A stretch of DNA of 64,000 bases from a virus, in the IMG/VR virus record IMGVR_UViG_3300009124_000004, one strand, 5' to 3'. A model generated the notes under the pieces. It was not told where the DNA came from. It worked only from the letters and a program-made list of their open reading frames with translations, and searched no databases. Below are positions 31,133 to 37,265 of the stretch, piece by piece (the stretch's first letter is position 1; every line of letters begins with the position of its first letter). The translations under genes were made by a program, and so were the position numbers.

Positions 31133-32553
31133 TACTCTTTAACTCTCCTTGCCTCTGCTTCATTTAATAATTCAGTAAAACGTGCCGCACCAATCCTATA
31201 ATCATTCATTACATATAGCGTAGTGCTCCATGTACCAGCACCAGCAGTAGTAACAAGTCCCTCTGGTGGAATATAACGATAACGCATACCACTCTCATCA
31301 ATAAAGAATCCAGTGCCACTAGGTCCAGTGTCTGCAGGAGTACCACTCGTAGGAGGCACAGGAGGGACTGCCAAAGGGTCTCCAGGATCACCAGGAGTAC
31401 CAGCACTTGGTGTACCTCCTAATTCCACATAATACGTAGATCCACCATTAGTACAATAAGACCCTGTAGGAATAGACGTACCAATCGCCCAGTCAATTGT
31501 TGTCAATTCAGGAATACTACTCGTTACTGTAAATTCAAATATCACATCACGATGTCCTGCACGACTCGTACTACCTTCAATAGGATTCGTACCCGCAGAA
31601 CGTTCTGTAAGATCACTCTGGAATCCTAATAAAGAAACTCCACTAGGAACCTCTTGACTAAGATCATTCAACGATCCACTATTATTGTCCTTATCAATAC
31701 GATACGGTTCAATAAATTCATTAGGATCTGATCCCCTCTCAGGAATAGGAATCTCAAAGTTTAAATGGTCAGGGTTTGCCGTATATTCGGAATTTTTTTC
31801 ATAATAATACTCCCAGGTCTCATCAGGAAAGAGTTTTTTCCCAAATTCTCCACCAATCTTTATCGTAATTGTCTGTGGTGCAGTGGCACTCAAAGATACG
31901 GTCCCACTACTCGACGTGGCAACCACAGTAGTCCCATCGCTTCGCTCTAATGTAACTGTGACATCATCGTCCAAATATGGAGCACTCCCAGCAATATTTG
32001 GAGTCATACTATCAAATGTTACTGTAAAGGTCTCACTACGAACGATAGATGCCATACTAATACTGGTACAACCATTCTTATAGTCCATACCAGATGCTGT
32101 GCTCACCTTACCATACGTATCAAATTGAATACCCTCTAACGTAATGTCAGTAACACGCTGCTGGTTTAATGATGGTTCATCTACTTGATTGCCATTCTCA
32201 TCAAAACAACACCCTGTATACTCCCCCTGTAAACTCTCTGTAAGATCCTCTGCCAAATATACAATCCTATCCGTGGGATCAGAATACCCCGAAACATACC
32301 AAGTTTGCCCCGATGAATCACATGGATCCACCGTGACACCATCAGGCACCTTCCAGACCTGTCTATATGTCCCCCCAGGTAACAAATAATATTTTTCTGT
32401 GGTCGCAGTTCCTACATTGGTATACGTCTCAGTATTCGTATCATACGTTCCCACAGGATAGCTGAGAGATACCGCAGTCCCTACCTCATACTCGACATCG
32501 ATGTTGGAAGGTCCTGCGCCAATACTCTCAACTACTGGTCTATAATTAGGCAT
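31132..32553 (-). CDS. Acidic virion protein, paralog of 30383-31132 (473 aa)
   Basis: GKKLFPDETWEYYY vs TDYLFPNKEYKYR; C-terminal YVMNDYRIGAARFTELL vs IVYDDKDIASARFVEAV. Confidence 0.6.
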   Translation of the reverse strand: MPNYRPVVESIGAGPSNIDVEYEVGTAVSLSYPVGTYDTNTETYTNVGTATTEKYYLLPGGTYRQVWKVPDGVTVDPCDSSGQTWYVSGYSDPTDRIVYLAEDLTESLQGEYTGCCFDENGNQVDEPSLNQQRVTDITLEGIQFDTYGKVSTASGMDYKNGCTSISMASIVRSETFTVTFDSMTPNIAGSAPYLDDDVTVTLERSDGTTVVATSSSGTVSLSATAPQTITIKIGGEFGKKLFPDETWEYYYEKNSEYTANPDHLNFEIPIPERGSDPNEFIEPYRIDKDNNSGSLNDLSQEVPSGVSLLGFQSDLTERSAGTNPIEGSTSRAGHRDVIFEFTVTSSIPELTTIDWAIGTSIPTGSYCTNGGSTYYVELGGTPSAGTPGDPGDPLAVPPVPPTSGTPADTGPSGTGFFIDESGMRYRYIPPEGLVTTAGAGTWSTTLYVMNDYRIGAARFTELLNEAEARRVKE

Positions 32554-32797
32554 CTAAATTCACATCTTCCTTGAAGTTTAACATCCAAAAGTCCTCGGCA
32601 CCCTCATAGTCCCTAAAATAAAATCGCTCCCCATCGGGCGATTCTAATACAAACCTATCAATCTTACTCTCGTAAGCAATTGTTGGTTTCTCCATGTGAA
32701 TCTCCTCATTGTAAATAAATTGCAAATAATCCTCATAGTCCAGATCACTCCCGTAATCCGTCGCTTCACTGAAATTATTTGGATAGTCGGCACTCAT
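32546..32797 (-). CDS. Hypothetical acidic protein (83 aa)
   Basis: ORF track; first gene after the 32.8-33.1 kb non-coding region; overlaps the next start. Confidence 0.6.
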   Translation of the reverse strand: MSADYPNNFSEATDYGSDLDYEDYLQFIYNEEIHMEKPTIAYESKIDRFVLESPDGERFYFRDYEGAEDFWMLNFKEDVNLDA

Positions 32798-33016
32798 AGT
32801 CCTTTAGCAACCTTTTTATATATCGCTTCGCTCCGCCTTTTTAGGCATCGACCCTATGGCGAATTTTTTACCCCGAAAAATTTTTTGATTTAGCGAAATA
32901 ACGAGGTCGCTGGGGGACCTTTGTAGGTTAGGAGGGACCCATGCATTTTAACCGTAGCGGCCGCTTATATTTAAGGGCGCTAATCGCGCCGACTGCTTTA
33001 TACTAACTCTCCGAGA

Positions 33017-33105
33017 GTTTGTGTTACTTAGTGGCGCATAGTTAGTGATACTTAGTGGGGCACAGTTTGTTATACTTAGTGCCCCACAGTTTGTGTTACT
33101 TAGTG
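33017..33105. repeat. Four tandem imperfect 24-bp repeats with invariant core TACTTAGTG
   Basis: Core starts at 33025, 33049, 33073 and 33097 (exact 24-nt period); internal inverted repeat GTGGGGCAC (33055-33063) / GTGCCCCAC (33079-33087). Confidence 0.9.
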
Positions 33106-33330
33106 GGTCAACAGGTAAGTGTTAGCGAAGCGTCCCAAACTTACCATGGGGAGTGATGCTAACAGCATGTGGCGTTTCTTACACTCATGCTGCGATTCAC
33201 TGCCTGATTTCCAATCACAATAGGCGGTGCCAGTTAGTGGATAGAACTCAATGCCGAGTAAGGCACTGCTAGGGCGTGAAACGTAGAATCTCACATTGCC
33301 CGTGATCTTTTCCAGGAGTTGAGTGAACAT
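33100..33330 (-). CDS. Early small protein, KTSC-like (76 aa)
   Basis: SSALLGIEFYP..G.AYCDWKSG...SLGRFAN resembles the KTSC pattern; has its own promoter cassette. Confidence 0.55.
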   Translation of the reverse strand: MFTQLLEKITGNVRFYVSRPSSALLGIEFYPLTGTAYCDWKSGSESQHECKKRHMLLASLPMVSLGRFANTYLLTH

Positions 33331-33359
33331 TGTGTTCGTGTGTTGTGTGAACTGAAACC

Positions 33360-33418
33360 AGTATAGAGACAGGGGGGGTCAGCAGCGAGGGGGGAGGGAC
33401 ACTCCCCCGACTGTCCTC
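33360..33418 (-). promoter_or_regulatory. Early promoter cassette 1 (-10 TATACT + 24-bp palindrome)
   Basis: -10 at 33360-33365; AGGGACACT-cccccg-ACTGTCCTC at 33395-33418; leader GGTTTCAGTTCA. Confidence 0.8.
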
Positions 33419-33608
33419 AGATGGCGCTAGCGCCGACGCTTGCCCAGAAGGCGAGGCGGAGGGTGCTCGCCTTGCTCACCTGCTCAGCGGTCCGACCCAT
33501 GGCACGGGCACCCGCCTTGAGGTCGTTGCGGGTCACGTCTGCCAGGGAGGTGGCACGCTTGCCCGTGATCACGTTGCGTGCTGCCTGGAGGGTCTGTTGC
33601 TTGGTCAT
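33417..33608 (-). CDS. Early hypothetical basic protein (63 aa)
   Basis: Start moved to MTKQQTL, which follows cassette 2 and an A/C-rich leader. Confidence 0.65.
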   Translation of the reverse strand: MTKQQTLQAARNVITGKRATSLADVTRNDLKAGARAMGRTAEQVSKASTLRLAFWASVGASAI

Positions 33609-33630
33609 GGTGTTTGTTTGAACTGAAGTC

Positions 33631-33690
33631 ATTATAGGCATGGGGTGCCCCCCATTCAGGGGGGCGGTGGACAGTGCCCCGATTGTCACT
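33631..33690 (-). promoter_or_regulatory. Early promoter cassette 2 (-10 TATAAT + palindrome)
   Basis: -10 at 33631-33636; GTGGACAGT-gccccg-ATTGTCACT at 33667-33690; leader GACTTCAGTTCA. Confidence 0.82.
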
Positions 33691-33847
33691 CCTCGGGTCC
33701 GAAGGCACACTCTAGAGAGAATGCCTCTAGCATGGCGTCCTCATCCTCGAAGATCATCAGGTCCTCATCCTCGGGAATGTAGGAATCGATCTCATACATC
33801 AGGTCCTCAATCTGGAGGTCCATCAGGTAGGCGTCAGAGACAGGCAT
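33686..33847 (-). CDS. Early extremely acidic protein (53 aa)
   Basis: Start moved to MPVSDAYL; 18 D/E and no K/R. Confidence 0.65.
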   Translation of the reverse strand: MPVSDAYLMDLQIEDLMYEIDSYIPEDEDLMIFEDEDAMLEAFSLECAFGPEE

Positions 33848-33875
33848 GGTTGCTTGTGGTTTGGTTGACTTGCTT

Positions 33876-33934
33876 ACAATAGGCGGTCGGTGTCTATCCG
33901 ACAATGCCTAGGGGTCAGTTAGCGGAGCGGCACA
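33876..33934 (-). promoter_or_regulatory. Early promoter cassette 3 (TTGTCG-N17-TATTGT + palindrome)
   Basis: -10 at 33876-33881; -35 at 33899-33904; GGGGTCAGT-tagcgg-AGCGGCACA at 33911-33934. Confidence 0.72.
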
Positions 33935-34040
33935 CCTCAGCGGTTGCCAGGGATGCCCCTGCCTTCACGCCTTCGATCAGGTAGTCACCGATCAGGAAGG
34001 TAGCAGCGACAGCGACGGCGATGGAGAGAAAGCGTTGCAT
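33915..34040 (-). CDS. Early small hydrophobic peptide (41 aa)
   Basis: Not in the ORF track. Reads MQRFLSIAVAVAATFLIGDYLIEGVKAGASLATAEVCRSAN; directly follows cassette 4. Confidence 0.6.
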   Translation of the reverse strand: MQRFLSIAVAVAATFLIGDYLIEGVKAGASLATAEVCRSAN

Positions 34041-34070
34041 GATGTGGTTGTGGTTGTGTGAACTGAAGTC

Positions 34071-34129
34071 AGTATAGGATCAGGCGATCATCTCGCCTGC
34101 CACGGTCGCCCACTTGATAGGGTGTCCAC
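34071..34129 (-). promoter_or_regulatory. Early promoter cassette 4 (-10 TATACT + palindrome)
   Basis: -10 at 34071-34076; TCGCCCACT-tgatag-GGTGTCCAC at 34106-34129; leader GACTTCAGTTCA. Confidence 0.78.
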
Positions 34130-34283
34130 TGTGGGGGCAGCGCCAGATCACTTGATCCTCGCCCTCTTGAGCGAACACGCGACCTACCCTGTAGGCGTGG
34201 TTGATGTCGGTTGCCCAGAAGCACCCGTGAGGATCGAACGATCCGAAGGAGGCAGGTTGAACAGCGAAGTTAGCGGTTTGCAT
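34080..34283 (-). CDS. Early hypothetical protein (67 aa)
   Basis: Start moved to MQTANFAVQP, downstream of cassette 5. Confidence 0.65.
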   Translation of the reverse strand: MQTANFAVQPASFGSFDPHGCFWATDINHAYRVGRVFAQEGEDQVIWRCPHSGHPIKWATVAGEMIA

Positions 34284-34305
34284 TGGGTTGGTTGCTGATG
34301 TCCTT

Positions 34306-34365
34306 AGTATAGAGGCAGAGGCGATCAGTCGCGGTCGCTGATGTTCCACCTTGCCCACTGTCCCA
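34306..34365 (-). promoter_or_regulatory. Early promoter cassette 5 (-10 TATACT + palindrome)
   Basis: -10 at 34306-34311; TGTTCCACC-ttgccc-ACTGTCCCA at 34342-34365; leader AAGGACAT. Confidence 0.72.
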
Positions 34366-34519
34366 TGGAAGCACCCCAGGAGGGGAAGTCGCTCTCAGGG
34401 GTCAGGATCTCGGTGCTGCCTGCCACGTCTGCCTTAGCAGCGGCAGAGCGTGCCATCATTGCATTGTGCTGGCGGGTGTAATCTGCCATGATCTGCTTGA
34501 GGTCGGGTTGTTTGTTCAT
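34325..34519 (-). CDS. Early hypothetical protein (64 aa)
   Basis: ORF track; ATG immediately after cassette 6. Confidence 0.6.
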   Translation of the reverse strand: MNKQPDLKQIMADYTRQHNAMMARSAAAKADVAGSTEILTPESDFPSWGASMGQWARWNISDRD

Positions 34520-34525
34520 GCTCTT

Positions 34526-34584
34526 AGTATTGCAGGGATCGGAGGGAAAGTCAATAGGGGAGGGACAGTCCCTCAGGTGGCATA
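34526..34584 (-). promoter_or_regulatory. Early promoter cassette 6 (TTGACT-N17-AATACT + palindrome)
   Basis: -10 at 34526-34531; -35 at 34549-34554; AGGGACAGT-ccctca-GGTGGCATA at 34561-34584. Confidence 0.78.
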
Positions 34585-34746
34585 ACGGGTTGCCATGCCC
34601 AGCAGGTCCTTCTCCTGAATGATGGTATCAGCGAAGCGGTGCCAGATGATGCCCATCTCTTGAGGGGTCAGGTAGTCAGGGACGCAGGTCCCACGGTAGG
34701 CACCGAAGGCAGTGCTGAGAGTTTCGATCGCTTGTGCTTTGTTCAT
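34573..34746 (-). CDS. Early hypothetical protein (57 aa)
   Basis: Start moved to MNKAQAIE, because the track's ATG lies upstream of the -10 box. Confidence 0.6.
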   Translation of the reverse strand: MNKAQAIETLSTAFGAYRGTCVPDYLTPQEMGIIWHRFADTIIQEKDLLGMATRYAT

Positions 34747-34752
34747 GTCCTT

Positions 34753-34811
34753 AGTATAGGGCACCAGGGGGGCAGTGGAAGGGGGTGTGTGCCACTATGT
34801 AGACCGTCACA
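34753..34811 (-). promoter_or_regulatory. Early promoter cassette 7 (-10 TATACT + palindrome)
   Basis: -10 at 34753-34758; TGTGCCACT-atgtag-ACCGTCACA at 34788-34811; leader AAGGACATG. Confidence 0.8.
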
Positions 34812-34904
34812 CAATTCTTGATACAAACCAAACGATCAGTTTGTATAACAATTCATACCCTCCTAAGATGATTAGGAGGGCAAGGATTAGCGTCAGCATT
34901 GAGA

Positions 34905-35516
34905 TCACTTAACGACACCATTGATGCGACGGTGAGTAACCCAAGTGATCGCTTGGATCTGGGCAGCACTATACTTAGTGCCTTCCAGGTTGTTGATAGT
35001 AACTGCTGCCTCACGGTAAGCATCACTAACCTGCTTGTAGAGTTTATCACTAATGGCAGGAACTTCGTTGAGTGAAGTATACATGCCCCTCCAGATATTG
35101 AAGGCGTGACCGTCTACAGTAATCTCATCACATTCGCCGTTGGTATAGATGCCACGGAAGAATGCAATCGTTTTGTTACCCTTAAGGATGGCACAAATGT
35201 TGGCGCTAGAGTCAATCTCACACTCTAGAATTGTGATCGCTTTGTCTTTGTTACCAGTGAAAGTGCAGACCTTAGGGTAATCGTATCCCATGCAATATGC
35301 CTTGATCATCTGCTCAGCGTCAAGGATATTGCGATCCCATTTGTTATTCGGAGACAGTGCAGATACAACCCCCACAACTGTAGCGAGAGGCAGGTTGTAT
35401 TTGTCACTCAAACCCTGACAAATAGTGTGGGCATTGTTGTACCAAACCGTACCCTCTTGAGTATCAACAGGCGTTGCCTGCATGTACATAGCGAGGATGT
35501 TGCGAATGTCGGTCAT
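34905..35516 (-). CDS. Conserved phage early protein (203 aa; DUF7178-like, possible HhH-glycosylase-like fold)
   Basis: Start moved to MTDIRNIL; motifs G..WY..AH, VVSALSPNNKWDRN, K.IAF, ITVDGHA, AAQIQAITWV..R. Confidence 0.7.
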   Translation of the reverse strand: MTDIRNILAMYMQATPVDTQEGTVWYNNAHTICQGLSDKYNLPLATVVGVVSALSPNNKWDRNILDAEQMIKAYCMGYDYPKVCTFTGNKDKAITILECEIDSSANICAILKGNKTIAFFRGIYTNGECDEITVDGHAFNIWRGMYTSLNEVPAISDKLYKQVSDAYREAAVTINNLEGTKYSAAQIQAITWVTHRRINGVVK

Positions 35517-35541
35517 GGTGTGGTGTGTGTCCGATGTGCTT

Positions 35542-35599
35542 ACTATAGGGCATCGGCAGCGGTTGTGGGCACTATGCGACCAGTTCAGAAAGTGGCACA
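35542..35599 (-). promoter_or_regulatory. Early promoter cassette 8 (-10 TATAGT + palindrome, apparently shared with a divergent promoter)
   Basis: -10 at 35542-35547; GCGACCAGT-tcagaa-AGTGGCACA at 35576-35599. Confidence 0.72.
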
Positions 35600-35606
35600 A
35601 CCCCTA

Positions 35607-35636
35607 TTGCATTTGGGGGCAGGTTGCCCCTATGCT
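35607..35636 (+). promoter_or_regulatory. Putative rightward sigma70-like promoter TTGCAT-N18-TATGCT
   Basis: -35 at 35607-35612, -10 at 35631-35636; mirror-image position relative to the palindrome at 35576-35599. Confidence 0.5.
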
Positions 35637-35648
35637 AGAGGGAGGCAA

Positions 35649-35851
35649 GAGGGCGGGATCCCCCCTGCTCTCATTGTTTATTCTTTATACTAACTCAGTT
35701 AGAGTTAGTAATACACAGTGAGTTAGAGTTAATAATACTAACTCACTGTGTTATTCTTTATAGACAACGCTGTTGTATTCTAATTACACAGCACTGTGTA
35801 TAAAGAATACACTAAGAGTTAGGTATTCTTTATACTAACTCTTAGTGTATT
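35649..35851 (+). ncRNA. Hairpin array: candidate structured ncRNA or cruciform/origin element
   Basis: Consecutive stems: 35649-57/35664-72 (two G-U pairs only on the + strand), 35688-96/35702-10, 35713-26/35738-51 (14 bp), 35785-91/35794-800 and 35806-22/35835-51 (17 bp perfect); no credible ORF. Confidence 0.45.
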
Positions 35852-35855
35852 ATAA

Positions 35856-36041
35856 TTACTCTTCAAGTAATTCTGGATTGTATTCTTCTACTTCAGTAAT
35901 CAGTTCTTCATCACTATAACTATTAAGATTATCTGTCAGACAATCAATAACAAAACATTCCATAGTTTTCATATCCATGCCTTCCATAATTTGGTAAGCA
36001 TACTTTTCAATAAGTTCTTCACGATTGAAAACTTTTGTCAT
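35856..36041 (-). CDS. Early acidic hypothetical protein (61 aa)
   Basis: Start moved to MTKVFNREELIE; YA..IMEGMDMKT...Y...LITEV.EY.PELLE pattern. Confidence 0.7.
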   Translation of the reverse strand: MTKVFNREELIEKYAYQIMEGMDMKTMECFVIDCLTDNLNSYSDEELITEVEEYNPELLEE

Positions 36042-36092
36042 GTTTGAAGAAAAGTGTTGGTTTTGGTGGGTTTCCCTCCCCGCCACCCCTTT

Positions 36093-36151
36093 AGGATAAT
36101 CGGTAGAGGGAGGGAATGGGGGCATCGGTGGACACCCCCTGTAGTGTCACA
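36093..36151 (-). promoter_or_regulatory. Early promoter cassette 9 (-10 TATCCT + palindrome)
   Basis: -10 at 36093-36098; GTGGACACC-ccctgt-AGTGTCACA at 36128-36151. Confidence 0.75.
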
Positions 36152-36337
36152 TCAGAACAGCATGTCTGCGATCTGCTCCATGATGCTGCCATAGTCGGCA
36201 ATGTGGACCCCGTTGTGACGGATCTCAGCATACCCATGCTCCTGTGCCAGATCGTAGCAGAGGTCGTGGGCACGGTCCAGGTCCAGGACGGACTCGGACT
36301 CGTACATTGCAGAGGGAACCAGGACTTCGTAACGCAT
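36152..36337 (-). CDS. Early hypothetical protein (61 aa)
   Basis: ORF track; follows cassette 10 and an A/C-rich leader. Confidence 0.7.
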   Translation of the reverse strand: MRYEVLVPSAMYESESVLDLDRAHDLCYDLAQEHGYAEIRHNGVHIADYGSIMEQIADMLF

Positions 36338-36361
36338 GTGTGGTTTGTGTGAACTGAAGTA

Positions 36362-36420
36362 ATTATGGCACCCCCCAGGTGGTTCTGGGGGGATTGGTGG
36401 ACACTGGTCAGACCGTCACA
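36362..36420 (-). promoter_or_regulatory. Early promoter cassette 10 (-10 CATAAT + palindrome)
   Basis: -10 at 36362-36367; GTGGACACT-ggtcag-ACCGTCACA at 36397-36420; leader TACTTCAGTTCA; CCCCCAG/CTGGGGG stem in the spacer. Confidence 0.82.
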
Positions 36421-36941
36421 ATACGACGGAGGTCAGCAGTTAGTGGTGCTTCAGTAACGAAATCATACTCGGCAGTGTTAGTATCACCCCAACCAAGTTT
36501 CCATGCTTGCCAACCACTACCAGGAGTGAAGAGATAACACCACTCCTCTCCATTGTTACCACTGAGGAAGTCATCGAAGTCACCCATCTTAGGAGGGGCA
36601 TCTTCACCACGCTCACTGTAATACAGGGGAGCAGGTGACTCTTTCACTGGAGAATAGACCCACTGATTCTTATCGTCGGTCATATACTTGACCTCACGAT
36701 ACTCTTTGCCATCATCATCTTTCTTCATGATGACTTGCTTCAGTGGTGCAGATTCCCACATGTGAGTGGTATACAACGACGACATATCGCCACCGTTGAT
36801 GAGATCTTCAACCAATTCTTTGGTGTTGAAGTGCTCTACCAACTCACGACCATTGCCCTGAATATAACCATCATAGTGGCAGTAAACAGAAACAATCTGA
36901 TCAGGACCGAGAGCGAGACCGATGCGAGAGCGAGTACCCAT
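36408..36941 (-). CDS. Widespread conserved phage early protein with YCHxDGY motif (177 aa)
   Basis: MGTRSRIG...SVYCHYDGY...G.EL...LI.GGD.S.L...EEWCYLF. Confidence 0.8.
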   Translation of the reverse strand: MGTRSRIGLALGPDQIVSVYCHYDGYIQGNGRELVEHFNTKELVEDLINGGDMSSLYTTHMWESAPLKQVIMKKDDDGKEYREVKYMTDDKNQWVYSPVKESPAPLYYSERGEDAPPKMGDFDDFLSGNNGEEWCYLFTPGSGWQAWKLGWGDTNTAEYDFVTEAPLTADLRRIVTV

Positions 36942-36965
36942 GGGGTGTTTGATTGAACTGAAGTT

Positions 36966-37024
36966 ACTATAGGGGGTGGGGTCACCCTTGGCAACCCCTA
37001 GTGGACAGTTCAGGCAGTGACCAC
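36966..37024 (-). promoter_or_regulatory. Early promoter cassette 11 (TTGCCA-N17-TATAGT + palindrome)
   Basis: -10 at 36966-36971; GTGGACAGT-tcaggc-AGTGACCAC at 37001-37024; leader AACTTCAGTTCA. Confidence 0.82.
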
Positions 37025-37237
37025 TTCAGACAGACGACGGTCGGCACGTGCTGCCAGAATGAACTTACCAACGCTCTGCTCATTGGTGATAACTTCCTGC
37101 AGATCTTGCACGAAGGTTTCATTCATTGCGTAGGTGTAATCCTTACCATTGTTATAGGTGAGGGTTGCAGTTTGTGCCTCAGCATCAACCACGATGGGCG
37201 ATTGCAGCATAGACGAGTTGGTGAATTCGATGTTCAT
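37010..37237 (-). CDS. Early small protein, KTSC-like (75 aa)
   Basis: Start moved to MNIEFTNSSM; SS.l...vvD....TATLTYNNGKDYTY...SVGKF resembles the KTSC pattern. Confidence 0.6.
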   Translation of the reverse strand: MNIEFTNSSMLQSPIVVDAEAQTATLTYNNGKDYTYAMNETFVQDLQEVITNEQSVGKFILAARADRRLSEVVTA

Positions 37238-37265
37238 GAGATAGTTGAATGTCAACGACTCATGT

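Noticed and set aside
4-32389. Numerous + strand and off-frame ORFs of 60-118 aa in the late block
   Set aside because: Shadow ORFs antisense to or nested in long, motif-rich structural genes; no promoters or RBS support.
32813-32820. Late promoter TATAAAAA upstream of 32797 (and TATAAAGT near 28805)
   Set aside because: Mismatch to TATAAATA at conserved positions; too weak to call.
32800-33100. tRNA gene in the non-coding gap
   Set aside because: No cloverleaf, T-loop GTTCRA or acceptor stem could be identified by eye.
33017-33105. CRISPR array
   Set aside because: The 24-nt period leaves no room for unique 25-40 nt spacers; the flanks are themselves similar; no cas genes seen.
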